Source: an uncultured Chthonomonadaceae bacterium
Lineage (GTDB): Bacteria > Armatimonadota > Chthonomonadetes > Chthonomonadales > Chthonomonadaceae
Length of the DNA: 64,000 bases
Direction: 5' to 3'
NCBI GenBank assembly: GCA_963835065.1
Contig: CAWIEK010000003.1
Location: forward strand, 96,001 to 160,000
Shown: piece after piece, positions 10,046 through 19,825 of the stretch
Position numbering within the stretch: the first letter of the stretch is position 1
How the letters are laid out: each line of letters begins with the position of its first letter
The notes under the pieces: model-generated
The model's input: only the letters and a program-made list of their open reading frames with translations
Databases searched by the model: none
What the model was told of the DNA's origin: nothing
Translations under genes and position numbers: made by a program

Positions 10046-11446
10046 TTGGCACGTTCTGCTCCACCTACGCCCATTGCGCCCGGAGATGCGTTTCCGTCGC
10101 TCGGCGATATTTCGGTCGGTCTGGGACCCGAAGGCATTGTCCTGGTTCCCGAACTGCGGCGAGGGTTTGTCGCCTGCCCGCGCAGCAACAGCGTGACCGT
10201 TTTCGACATGGACACCTTGAAGTCTATCGGAGAAGTGGCGGTCGGCGCGGAACCCATCGGCCTCGCGTATGATCCGCCCACAAAGCGCGTGTTTACTTCG
10301 GATGCGCGCGCCGACCTGTGCAGCGTCATTGACGCCGAAAAGATGGAACTCATCAAGCAGATTCCTGTCGGCACGTACCCGGCGGGCATCGGCGCGTATC
10401 CCGAAAAGCGCAAAATCTATACCGGCAATACGGCTGCCAGTACCGTCAGCGTGATTGACGCGGATACCCTGGAAGTGCTTGCCGTTGTTCCCGCGAAACT
10501 GGCGGCGGGAAGCATCGCCCCCGACCCCTCCCGCGACAAAGTGTACTGCGTCAACTTCGGGGATGCGTCCATCACCATCATTGACGGCACGACGAACGAA
10601 GCCATCGGGGAAATCAAGGTGGATTATGCGCCGTGCAAAATCGTGATTGACTCGCCCCGCGCCCGCGCTTATATCGCCAATTCGCTTGTCAGCACGGTTT
10701 CGGTCGTGGACCTGAACAAAGAAAAGGTTGTGGACACGATTTCTGTCGAGCGCGCTCCGGTGGGCATGGCAAGCAGCAAAGCCGGCAGCCATATCTATGC
10801 GGCCAACCGAGGCGCGGGCAGCATCAGCGTGATTGACTATGCCAGCGGCAAGGAATGGGCGCGCGTTCCGGTTGGGGAAGCGCCCGGCGACCTTGCCGTA
10901 GACGAAGCGACCAGCACGGTCTTCGTTTCCAACGCGGGCAGCAACACCATCAGCGTGTTTCAGGACAACCTGCAAAGCAAGCCCAAAGACCTGCCCAAAA
11001 ATCACAAGCATCCGCTCATCGGGCAGCCGGTTCCGCCCTTCAGCCTGCCGGACATGAACACAGGGCAGGTACGCACTTCCGCCGAGTGGCATGGCAAGCC
11101 CTATATCATCAACATGTTTGCCAGTTGGTGAGGACCTTGCAATGCGGAGGCTCCGCTATTGGAAGAGGTGGCGCGTCGCGCCAAAGCGTATGGCCTGGAA
11201 GTGGTCATGATCAACGTGTGGGAGCATGTGAAGCCGACCGACGAGGCCAAGCATTTCTGCTCCATCCATAAACTGCATAACGACGTGCTGATAGACGCGG
11301 AAGGCGAGTACATGACCCGGTTGGGACTGCGCGGCGTACCCGTCAACATCGTCGTCAACAAAAAAGGCATTGTGCAGGCGGTCGGCATGACCACGCCGGA
11401 CGAAGTCCGCGCCACGCTGACCAAACTGCTCCTGCCGTTCGGATAG
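10046..11446 (+). CDS. YVTN/YncE beta-propeller fused to TlpA/AhpC-TSA thioredoxin-like domain; selenocysteine UGA at 11129-11131 (UGPC)
   Basis: Repeated 'IPVG..P.GI...RKIYTGN..S.TVSVID' blades, then PFSLPD...INMFASW-TGA-GPCNAEAPLLEE in frame with ORF 11159-11446. GGGAGA RBS before TTG. Confidence 0.85.
11136..11165 (+). promoter_or_regulatory. Bacterial SECIS-like hairpin
   Basis: CUU-G-CAAU-GCGGA-[GGC]-UCCGC-U-AUUG-G-AAG: G-containing apical loop about 17 nt after the UGA, with a bulged U. Confidence 0.7.
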
Positions 11447-11592
11447 CCCTCAATCCCTGCCCCTTCTCCCACAAAACGTATTTCAAAGTGAAGCAGAAAT
11501 ACGGAACGTGGGGGAAGGGGAAGCTGTTCGCAACGGCTCTAAGGTGTGTTACGTTGCCTTTCCCCTTCATCAACCGCTTAGGGGAAGGGCTT
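11447..11592. repeat. CCCTC/CCCCTTCTCCC...GGGGAAGGGG palindromic REP-like repeat
   Basis: CCCCTTCTCCCAC...GTGGGGGAAGGGG and TTTCCCCT...AGGGGAAG pairs. Related to 59658-59707. Confidence 0.6.
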
Positions 11593-11663
11593 TCCTTTAC
11601 ATGCAATGCCCGCGCAGGTTTGTCGTTTCCGCACATTCTGCTACGGCAGCAAGAGGATGAAAA

Positions 11664-12275
11664 TTGAAACGCCAACCCCAAATACCGGATGATTTCGATC
11701 CTCGCGGTGACGTATTTTGGCCTCATGAACTCATCAGGGATATGGACTCTGCTGACATTCTTCCAACTCTGATAGAGACGCAGAGCAAGTTCCTCGCCAT
11801 TTTACAATTCTCAAGCATAAAACCGGATACGTGGAAGCAGTTTTTAGAAATATACGGGCGAATGAGCGCTGCACTGTTTCTGCGCCATATCATGCTGTTG
11901 AGCAACATCGGGAATGCTTCTTTGGGCAAACTGATACTGCTGAATCGCTTCTTCCCTGATGGCTATATGCGTTACGTGTGGCAGGGAAAAGAATACGTCT
12001 ACTGCTTCCGTAAGAGTTGGGACCAAGAGGCTTTCGACGCTCAGACAATCTGTAACAACGATTATACGTTTATGCAGGGACGTGACCTGACGCCCTGGGT
12101 AGAAGACACAATCATGTTGCTTCTGCATGGTTCTACTGTTACAAATGCTGAATTGCCCGACTTCTGTAGAGAACGCTGTACTTTGGGCCGGTATATGGGC
12201 GCGTCGCATGAACTTCAAGACTTTCTACGCCCTGTTTATATGCTCAGATATGACCGAAGGACAAGCCGTAAATGA
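11664..12275 (+). CDS. Protein resembling the N-terminal half of BanI/HgiCI-like type II restriction endonucleases
   Basis: FWPxEL...ILPTLIETQSKFLAIL...LFLRHIMLL...LLLHGS...CTLGRYMG pattern recalled from that family; not verified by search. Confidence 0.5.
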   Translation: MKRQPQIPDDFDPRGDVFWPHELIRDMDSADILPTLIETQSKFLAILQFSSIKPDTWKQFLEIYGRMSAALFLRHIMLLSNIGNASLGKLILLNRFFPDGYMRYVWQGKEYVYCFRKSWDQEAFDAQTICNNDYTFMQGRDLTPWVEDTIMLLLHGSTVTNAELPDFCRERCTLGRYMGASHELQDFLRPVYMLRYDRRTSRK

Positions 12276-12823
12276 CAAATGAGAGCGGAATGGCAAAGGA
12301 GAGTCAAAGTACCCGCCTTGTTCGCAGTTTGGAAACCGCGCGTGGATGTGTGCTTCAAGTTGCAAACCGACGTTCCGGCTTCAATGGCTTGTCTGTATGC
12401 GAAGGCACGGTTGTCAGAAAGATCGAACTTAAAACGGTCATCAATACGGATTACTGGTTTGCCATCAATGGGCTATACGGCATTCAGAGTTTGTTCTTCG
12501 ATCCTCAGTATTACCTGTACTTTGTCCTGGCAAATGAGAGGAAGGTTTTGATTGTTCGGGCTGCCCCTTTCTTGCAGACACAGATTCCAGCTTACAATTC
12601 TGAAGTGAGTGAAGAAGTGAATGATTGGCTGGCAGCGACAAGAAAACTTTGCAGTAACTCTGGCTTGAACATCATTGCGCGAGTGAACTTCAAGCTAAAG
12701 ACAGGCATACGATTGATTGTTTCTGATTTAGAAGCAGGCTTGAATATCACGAAATGGGGCACTTCGGTTGACAGTATCTGGCAGGCGGATGCAGACGGAA
12801 ATTGGAAGCAGACTTACCCGTGA
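12272..12823 (+). CDS. Hypothetical protein with PD-(D/E)xK-like motif
   Basis: ATGA overlap with the upstream gene. GFNG...IELKT motif. Confidence 0.5.
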   Translation: MTNESGMAKESQSTRLVRSLETARGCVLQVANRRSGFNGLSVCEGTVVRKIELKTVINTDYWFAINGLYGIQSLFFDPQYYLYFVLANERKVLIVRAAPFLQTQIPAYNSEVSEEVNDWLAATRKLCSNSGLNIIARVNFKLKTGIRLIVSDLEAGLNITKWGTSVDSIWQADADGNWKQTYP

Positions 12824-12961
12824 CGGCTCCGTATTCAGGGCCTCCTGAAGATTAAAGTGGCAAAAAGCACACCTATAAGGTGTTTTGACTCCGCTGAGAG
12901 GTTGTGGCCTGGCGGCTTTCCCTTTCGTTTGTTTCGTTTGTTTCGCGGTTTTCCATCGGAT

Positions 12962-14494
12962 TTACCCGCCCACGATCTGCGCCACGTCCGCAAAATCGGT
13001 TTTCAGGTGGGCGTACAGGTTCTGGTAGACTTTGTGGAAACGCTTGTACGCGGCATGGTTGACCGCGCAGACATCCAGAGAGTCCTTCACGGCAATCACG
13101 GCGCGGCAGGCTTCTTCCACCGAAGCGTACACGCCCGTGCCCACGCCCGCCAGCAACGCTACGCCAAGCGCCGGCCCTTCGTCCACGTTGATGGTGACAT
13201 GCGGATAGCCCGTAATGTCGGCCTGCATGTCGCGCCAGAACTTGCTTTTCGCGCCCCCGCCCGATGCCCGCGCCTGCGTAATCGGCAGTCCCATCTCCTC
13301 CATGATCTGAAACGAGTTGGCCATGCCATACGCGACGCCTTCCAGCACTGCCCGCGCCACCTGGGAGCGATCCGTGCGCCGGGTGATGCCGAACAAAACC
13401 CCCCGCGCGTTCGGGTCGGCATAGGGGGCGCGTTCCCCGGTCAGGTACGGCAGGAAAATCAAGCCTTCGCTGCCCACAGGCGCGCGGGCGGCTTCCGCGC
13501 AAATCAGATCGTAAGGGTCGTGTCCCAACGCGCCCGCAACCACCTTTTCCGGCTGGCAGTACGCATCCCGATACCATTGCAGGCTGCCACCGGCGGACAG
13601 CATCACGCCCATCAAATGCCACTTGCCCGGAACCGCGTGGCAAAACGTGTGCAGTCGCAATTGCGGGTCTACAATCGGCGTGTCGCTGAACGCGAACACG
13701 ACGCCCGACGTGCCAATCGTGGAACTGACAATGCCCGTTTCCACAATGCCGTTACCCACCGCGCCCGCCGCCTGATCGCCGCCCCCGCCCACAACCGGCG
13801 TTCCCACTGCCAGCCCTGTTAATGCCGCCGCTTCCGGGGTAATCTTCCCGGACACTTCCGGCGACTCGTAACACCGGGGCATCCAGCCGCGCGGAATGGC
13901 AACGGCATCCAGCATCTCGTCCGCCCACGCCCGCTTGCTTACATTAAACAACGCGGTTCCCGACGCATCCGAAACTTCCGTCGCGTACTCGCCCGTCAGC
14001 ATTAGCCGCACGTAATCTTTGGGCAGCAGGACTTTTTTCACTTTAGCGTAGATTTCCGGCTCGTGATTGCGCAGCCAGATGATTTTGGGCGCGGTAAAGC
14101 CGGTCAGCACGGGGTTGGAAGTCAGTTCCACGACCTTTTCTTTCCCGACCGTGTTCGTAATCCAGTCACATTCCACCTGTGTGCGCTGATCGTTCCACAA
14201 GAGGGCATGACGCAAAACCTGGTTGTTTTCGTCCACAAACACCGACCCGTGCATCTGCCCCGACAGCCCGATGCCCTTGATTTCTCCCGACGCAACCCCG
14301 GACTGCTCCAAAACGCGCCGCACCGTCGTCAGCGTCGCGTTCCACCAGTCCAGCGGGTTCTGCTCGCTCCATTGCGGGCGCGGCGCATAAAGGGGATATT
14401 CTTCCAGCGCCCTGGCGAGAATTTTCCCCGTATCGTCCATCAAAATCGTTTTCGTGCCGCTCGTGCCGATGTCAATGCCAAGAAGATACGCCAT
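12962..14494 (-). CDS. xylB: Xylulokinase (FGGY family)
   Basis: LLGIDIGTSGTK, GLSGQMHG, LWNDQRT, GGGDQAAGAVG, FLPYLTGERAP. Confidence 0.93.
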   Translation of the reverse strand: MAYLLGIDIGTSGTKTILMDDTGKILARALEEYPLYAPRPQWSEQNPLDWWNATLTTVRRVLEQSGVASGEIKGIGLSGQMHGSVFVDENNQVLRHALLWNDQRTQVECDWITNTVGKEKVVELTSNPVLTGFTAPKIIWLRNHEPEIYAKVKKVLLPKDYVRLMLTGEYATEVSDASGTALFNVSKRAWADEMLDAVAIPRGWMPRCYESPEVSGKITPEAAALTGLAVGTPVVGGGGDQAAGAVGNGIVETGIVSSTIGTSGVVFAFSDTPIVDPQLRLHTFCHAVPGKWHLMGVMLSAGGSLQWYRDAYCQPEKVVAGALGHDPYDLICAEAARAPVGSEGLIFLPYLTGERAPYADPNARGVLFGITRRTDRSQVARAVLEGVAYGMANSFQIMEEMGLPITQARASGGGAKSKFWRDMQADITGYPHVTINVDEGPALGVALLAGVGTGVYASVEEACRAVIAVKDSLDVCAVNHAAYKRFHKVYQNLYAHLKTDFADVAQIVGG

Positions 14495-14659
14495 GTCGTT
14501 TCCTTCGCTTCAAGAATTTCGAGCAACCTTTATAGATGCTGCGCGCGTTCATGCGTGTAGGTTCTCCACTGCGGGCAGTATTCCTCTATGTTGACTCCAA
14601 TTATGTTGGGATGCAAACGGCTCGAAAAGTGTTTAAAGTCCTGTACTGCCTCTCAATGC

Positions 14660-14688
14660 TTGACAAGGCGCACTCAGAAAGATATACT
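14660..14688 (+). promoter_or_regulatory. sigma70 promoter
   Basis: TTGACA-17 nt-TATACT. Confidence 0.75.
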
Positions 14689-14800
14689 ACCTGCATCCAT
14701 TGCCTGCGGTGGTATCTGAACAGGGACACCTGAAAATGCTATCCGTAAGATGTAATTTAATCGGATGCGATTTAGAAGGTTTGTCCGTAGGGATTTGTCA

Positions 14801-16201
14801 ATGAAGCCGAGCATTCTCCTGCGCCTGATTGTCAGTCTGGTTGTCGTCGCCGCGTTTGTGCTGGGCGCCACGTATGCGCTCGCCAGCAACAACCTGAATC
14901 CAACCGCCCTGTGGTGGGCGCAGCGGCAATTGCCCGTCCTTTGGCTGGTGGATGGCTTTGCGCTTTTAGCGCTGCTGCCTGTTTTTGGCTCCGCAGTCCT
15001 GCAAACGCGGCTGTCGCATAGAACCGAGGAACTTGCCGCCGTCCATAACGAGCATCAAACGCAAATGGAAGACATGGTTTCGCATACGAACAAAACGGAG
15101 CGCATCAATCTGGATCAAGCCAAAAGCGTTGAAGCGCTGGAAGCAACCGTCGCCGCCCTCAACGTTCGCCTGGACGCCCTGGAAGCGGCAAATCAGGCGC
15201 GGCAAGAAGGCTTGGACGCGGCCAACAAAGCGCATCAGGAACGCATGGAAGCGGAAATGCGCAAGATGGCGGTAGATGCTTTTGCGGCGCTTGCCGGGGA
15301 AGTGCAGGCCAATACGCGCCAGATGGATGCTGTCAGCCTTGCCATGCAATACCAGCGCGCCGAAATCAAGCAACTGCGACAGAACGCCCGCGCCACGCCA
15401 CGCCCGCAGGAACCCGCCGAAATCGCCCGCCTGACTCCTTACGAACTCGCCGCGCTGCGTGGAGAAGACGCGCCCCTGCTGCTGGAAGACGGCGAGGAAG
15501 AAAAGGAGAAAAGGAGAAAAGGAGAAGAGGAGACGGAGCAGGGAACAGGGAACAGGGAACAGGGAACAGCGGGAAATGCTGAACGCGGAATGATGAATGA
15601 TGAATACAATGCAGAATCCAATTCATCACTCAGCACTCAGCACTCATCATTTTCTCCTTCCCTAATACCCAACACCCAACACCTAACACCCTCTATAGGT
15701 TTTTTCGAGCCGACGATGAACGCGCAAACCACGTTTGTGTCTCCCACAACGGCGTTTGAAATCGCGCCGTCAATATCCCAAATGACTCCTGTGTTCAAGG
15801 AGGCTGAGGGCAGGGAATTTTCGCCTGCGGCTTCCCCGGAACTTGGCGCGGGTGACGAATTTACCGATAACGAATTTCCCGAAGAGGAAGCGTTTGCCAA
15901 TGCGGTTGTCGCGTCGCAGACGCCAACCCCTGCTTTACCTGAGGAGGCAAAACCACTTTCCAATTCTGCTGCCGATGCCTTTTCGCCTGTGCAGGAAATG
16001 CCCGTTTCCGGTGACGATTTTGCTGTCTCGCCGACGGCTGTGACGCTAACGGAGTATGAGGCACTGCATGAACCTCAGCAAACCACGTCTCCACAAGCGG
16101 AACCTCAGCAAACGGAAGCCGAACACATGGAAATTCACCCCAAATCTTCGCAGCAACCGGAGGCTCCGCGCGGCCTGCGCCGCTGGTTTATGCGGCAGTA
16201 A
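14801..16201 (+). CDS. Hypothetical membrane-anchored coiled-coil protein with acidic disordered tail and in-frame tandem-repeat insert
   Basis: Two N-terminal TM segments, heptad-rich middle, repeat-derived EKEKRRKGEE/EQGTGNREQGT/STQHSS/PNTQHLTP. Confidence 0.75.
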   Translation: MKPSILLRLIVSLVVVAAFVLGATYALASNNLNPTALWWAQRQLPVLWLVDGFALLALLPVFGSAVLQTRLSHRTEELAAVHNEHQTQMEDMVSHTNKTERINLDQAKSVEALEATVAALNVRLDALEAANQARQEGLDAANKAHQERMEAEMRKMAVDAFAALAGEVQANTRQMDAVSLAMQYQRAEIKQLRQNARATPRPQEPAEIARLTPYELAALRGEDAPLLLEDGEEEKEKRRKGEEETEQGTGNREQGTAGNAERGMMNDEYNAESNSSLSTQHSSFSPSLIPNTQHLTPSIGFFEPTMNAQTTFVSPTTAFEIAPSISQMTPVFKEAEGREFSPAASPELGAGDEFTDNEFPEEEAFANAVVASQTPTPALPEEAKPLSNSAADAFSPVQEMPVSGDDFAVSPTAVTLTEYEALHEPQQTTSPQAEPQQTEAEHMEIHPKSSQQPEAPRGLRRWFMRQ

Positions 16202-16206
16202 CAAAC

Positions 16207-16935
16207 GTGGAACCTTCGCCTGAACGTCCTTCCGCTCCCCTTGAATCCGCGCTGTACGACCTGCTGACGGCGCTTAAAACCCCTGCCCCTTCTGCTTCCG
16301 AAACCGAATCCCTTTGCGCCTGCGCGATCTGCAACTTGAGTAACCGCAGCGTGGAGCGCTGGCTGCGGACTTTCTTATCAGAATACGTCAACGATCCCGA
16401 AGCCCGCGAAACGCTCCGCCGCGCGCAGGGCTTTTGCGCCCAACACACAAGCGTTCTGCGGAACCTGAACGAAGCCCTCGGTATCGCCATTCTCTACGCC
16501 GATCTCGCCCGTCTGGCCCGCGAACGCTGGCAGGAGAAAACGCCAGGACGCGCAATTATCCCGTTCTGGCAGCGATTGCATCCTGGCAGCCGCTCTCGCA
16601 TTGCGCCCTGCCCCGCCTGCATCGCGCAGCAGGAGGCTACAACCCGCTATGTGCAGGCATTGGCTTCAGGCCTGGACAATGCCAACGCGCAAAACGAAGT
16701 CTGGAGCGCCCTCGAAATTAATTCCGGCTTATGCGCGCCTCACATCGAGCAGGTTGCCGCATACGCCACCCCGCCTTCCGCCGCCCGCCTGCTCCAAATG
16801 GAAAGCGAACGGCTGACTGCCCTGCAAGCCGAATTGGAACGCATCATCCGCAACAACGATTACCGTTATCGGAGCGAAGCCTGGGGTGAGGAAAAAGACG
16901 CCTGGAAACGCGCGCTGGATAAACTGAGGAGGTAG
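16207..16935 (+). CDS. DUF6062-like Cys-rich protein
   Basis: CAIC...GFCAQH...CPAC...LCAPH...NDYRY pattern. Confidence 0.65.
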   Translation: MEPSPERPSAPLESALYDLLTALKTPAPSASETESLCACAICNLSNRSVERWLRTFLSEYVNDPEARETLRRAQGFCAQHTSVLRNLNEALGIAILYADLARLARERWQEKTPGRAIIPFWQRLHPGSRSRIAPCPACIAQQEATTRYVQALASGLDNANAQNEVWSALEINSGLCAPHIEQVAAYATPPSAARLLQMESERLTALQAELERIIRNNDYRYRSEAWGEEKDAWKRALDKLRR

Positions 16936-17054
16936 GTTTCAGGTATCAGGTGTCAGGTGTCAGGTGAGACCTGCACCGTCCTGTCCTTGTGCTAATAGTA
17001 ACATCACTGTTCCGTCAGGTTTCCTGACACCTGACACCTGATACCTGAAACCTA
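16933..17054. repeat. Perfect 32-bp inverted heptamer array (TCAGGT[G/A]) between convergent genes; likely bidirectional terminator
   Basis: TAGGTTTCAGGTATCAGGTGTCAGGTGTCAGG and its exact reverse complement at 17023-17054. The arms include both stop codons. Confidence 0.9.
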
Positions 17055-17951
17055 CTTCACTAATCCGCCCCGCCGCAGATACTTCAGCACCAAATCTTCA
17101 AAGGGAGTGGCGGTTGAGGTACGCAGGTAATCTATGCCGTAGCGGTGGCAGAAGGTTTCGATTTCCGCGCAAAAGGCATCGAACGTCTGCTGGTAGCGGG
17201 CCATCAGTTGGGGGTTGACGCTCATTTCTTTGGCTTCCCCGGTTTCGCTGTCGAGGATGCGCAGGTCGCCCAACAAAACGGGCTTGATTTCGTCTTCCGA
17301 AAGCGTGTGCAGCACGGCAATTTGGAACCCGCGCGCCAGCAGGGATTTCAGGCCGTCCTGCCAGTGGGGGTCGAAGAAGTCCGACACGACGATTGCCACG
17401 CCTTTATTTTTGACGGTTGCGGCGAAACGGCGCAGGCTGGCGGCAAACGACGTGGTTCCTCCCGCCTGTACCTTATCCAGATAATGGAAGAACGGCACCA
17501 CGCCGCCCTTGCCGCGCTGCGTGGGCAGGGCTTTGCCCAATCCATCGGCATACGGCTGAATCGTCACGCGGTCATAATTGGTCAGGCCGATGTAGCCCAG
17601 GGCGGCGCACAACTGAACCGCGTAGCGCAGCTTTTTCGGATTGCCAAAGTCCATGCTTTTGCTGTTATCGAGCAGCAGGGCAAGGTACAAATCTTCCTCT
17701 TCGACAAACAACTTCAGGAACATCTTATCCGAGCGCGCAGCCGTGTTCCAATCCACATAGCGCAGGTCGTCACCGGGCGCGTACTCGCGATAATCCGCGA
17801 ACTCGATACTGGTTCCCCGTTTGGTGGAGCGCTTTTCCCCCTTCATCTGCCCCGCAAACGCCTTTTTGCTGACGATGGACAGGCGTTCCAACTTCTTCAT
17901 AAACGCGGCGTCAAGAATGTTGTCTGTGGTAGGTTTGTCTGTGGTGGGCAT
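17052..17951 (-). CDS. DUF58 domain protein (MoxR-associated vWA-like)
   Basis: EFADYREYAPGDDLRYVDWN, LLDNSKSM, VVSDFF. Confidence 0.92.
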   Translation of the reverse strand: MPTTDKPTTDNILDAAFMKKLERLSIVSKKAFAGQMKGEKRSTKRGTSIEFADYREYAPGDDLRYVDWNTAARSDKMFLKLFVEEEDLYLALLLDNSKSMDFGNPKKLRYAVQLCAALGYIGLTNYDRVTIQPYADGLGKALPTQRGKGGVVPFFHYLDKVQAGGTTSFAASLRRFAATVKNKGVAIVVSDFFDPHWQDGLKSLLARGFQIAVLHTLSEDEIKPVLLGDLRILDSETGEAKEMSVNPQLMARYQQTFDAFCAEIETFCHRYGIDYLRTSTATPFEDLVLKYLRRGGLVK

Positions 17952-18081
17952 GGAAGGTTCCTGAAGACTATCCTGAAAAAGCCGGTATTCGGTGTTGGGT
18001 GTTCGGACAATTCGGCATGTTCATGCTCTCACGTGAGCGAAGCGCAGGGAGGCTGTTTCCTGTTTTCGCTTTGCTGAGGAC

Positions 18082-18110
18082 ATTCTATCCGACAACCGAA
18101 CGCTTGTCAA
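18082..18110 (-). promoter_or_regulatory. sigma70 promoter for DUF58 gene
   Basis: TTGACA-17 nt-TAGAAT on the minus strand. Confidence 0.7.
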
Positions 18111-18307
18111 GGGCGCAGGCCGGAAACCACGTTCGGCTTGATAGTCGAAGTCTAAACAGGAGGCCCATTCATGCCTCTGGAAGTTTCCTGACAGTTAGTT
18201 TGCTCTTATTTTCACAAACTTAGCCCCTGTAAGCGTTCGCCTGTGTGCTTTCTCGCAACCCAAAGCCGTGTAAATGAAAGGATTTTTTCAAACGTATAGG
18301 GAAACTG

Positions 18308-18336
18308 TAGACAAGCGCAGAACACCTTGCTATAAT
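18308..18336 (+). promoter_or_regulatory. sigma70 promoter for AAA/VWA pair
   Basis: TAGACA-17 nt-TATAAT. Confidence 0.7.
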
Positions 18337-18340
18337 AGGA

Positions 18341-18447
18341 GGTGGCTGGTGGCTGGTGATTGGTGGTTGGCAGCCATTTTTTCATTATAGTAAAGCAGAA
18401 GCGCCGTGCCGCAATTACCAACCACCGGTCACCAACCACCAGCCACC
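18341..18447. repeat. Inverted heptamer array (GGTGGCT) in the 5' leader
   Basis: ggtggctggtggctggtgattggtggttgg ... ccaaccaccggtcaccaaccaccagccacc. Confidence 0.85.
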
Positions 18448-18468
18448 ACTGAACTAAGGACGGGTTGA

Positions 18469-19659
18469 ATGAGCGATACCTCCTTTTCGGGCGCTTTGGA
18501 TACGCTCAAGGAACATCTGGTCGGCTATGACGATGGCGTCGAGCAATTCAAACTCGCTCTGCTGACAGGGCAGCATGTGCTGCTTGTCGGGCGTCCCGGT
18601 CGTGGCAAGTCGTATCCCGGACGGTTGTTTATCAACTGTGTGCGCGGGGCGCATATTTTCCGCACACAAATCACGGCCTACACCATGCCCGATCACTTGG
18701 TCGGAGCGCCGATACCGCACACCTATCTGGAAGAAGGTCGGCAGGTTTACAATACGGACAACGGCATCCTTAACTGCGATCTCGCCATGCTGGAGGAATT
18801 CAGCGACGGCCCGGTGGCGCTTGCCCGCAGCCTGAACACCATTTTGTATGAGCGCTTGTTTGAAGTGAAGGATCAGCCGCCCTTTCCGGCCACGCTGCAT
18901 ACCGCCCTGCTGACGGCCAATCAAGCGCCGCACGGCGAGGAGTGGAAAGCCGTATGGAGTCGTATCGCGTTTCGCTTCACGCCGCCCGAAGTGACTACGC
19001 CCTGGGGCCGCTTTCAAACGGGGCAGGTGTATCTGCACACGCACGGTCACGCGCCCGAACTGCCGCTCGTAGATATGGATCAGGTGCGCGAACTGTCTCA
19101 TCAGCGCGAGTTTCTGGACGTGCCGCCCGGCGTTCTCCTGGTGGAAAGCTGGATTTCGGGCGAGTTTCACCGCCGCTGTCAGGAAGACCCGCATTTAGGA
19201 CGTTCGGGCTTGTTTTCCTCGGACTTGCGGCGCGAGAATTTGTTTCTGGATGTGATTCGGGCGGGCGCGGTGCTGGAAGGGCGGGCGCGGGCGGATTACA
19301 GCCACGTCCGCCGCTATCTGCCCTACGCCCTGCCACTCGGTGATGATGCCGACGGCATTGCGGCCCACGCGATTTTAGAGGATGTGCTGGATAAAATACT
19401 GCCGCGCAAGATGAGCCGCGACGACCTGGCCGTGTACGACGCGCTGGGCGACCTGGCGCAGCAGATTTTGGATTACCAGCATCGGGGCAGGGGGGGCAGT
19501 GGCGAGTTCCGCCTGCGCTTTCCCGGCACAACTGTTATTTTCGCCGCCCGCCGCGAACTGCTCGGACACCTGGGCAAAGTGCGCAACGTTTGCGGAGCTA
19601 TGTACCTGGTGGATATTCTGCGTCAGGCGCTTTCCCGCCTGCCCGCCGAAGCCGAATAA
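18469..19659 (+). CDS. MoxR/RavA-like AAA+ ATPase
   Basis: HVLLVGRPGRGKS Walker A, AMLEEF Walker B, LNTILYER, AVWSRIAFR. Confidence 0.8.
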   Translation: MSDTSFSGALDTLKEHLVGYDDGVEQFKLALLTGQHVLLVGRPGRGKSYPGRLFINCVRGAHIFRTQITAYTMPDHLVGAPIPHTYLEEGRQVYNTDNGILNCDLAMLEEFSDGPVALARSLNTILYERLFEVKDQPPFPATLHTALLTANQAPHGEEWKAVWSRIAFRFTPPEVTTPWGRFQTGQVYLHTHGHAPELPLVDMDQVRELSHQREFLDVPPGVLLVESWISGEFHRRCQEDPHLGRSGLFSSDLRRENLFLDVIRAGAVLEGRARADYSHVRRYLPYALPLGDDADGIAAHAILEDVLDKILPRKMSRDDLAVYDALGDLAQQILDYQHRGRGGSGEFRLRFPGTTVIFAARRELLGHLGKVRNVCGAMYLVDILRQALSRLPAEAE

Positions 19660-19662
19660 GAC

Positions 19663-19815
19663 GGTATTCAGGTATTCGGGTGTTCAGGTGTTCGGGTGTT
19701 CAGGACAATGCAAAAGTACAATGTTATCTTTAGCGCGGCAAGAACATAAGCCGAACACCTGAATACCTGAATACCTGAATACCTGAATACCTGAATACCT
19801 GAACACCTGAACACC
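19663..19815. repeat. Inverted octamer array (GGT[A/G]TTC[A/G])
   Basis: Five units on the left arm and about eight CCTGAA[T/C]A units on the right arm. Confidence 0.9.
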
Positions 19816-19825
19816 ATCAACGCCG

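Noticed and set aside
19663..19815. Repeat arrays as CRISPR
   Set aside because: Units are 7-9 nt and tandem, with no unique 30-40-nt spacers and no cas genes.
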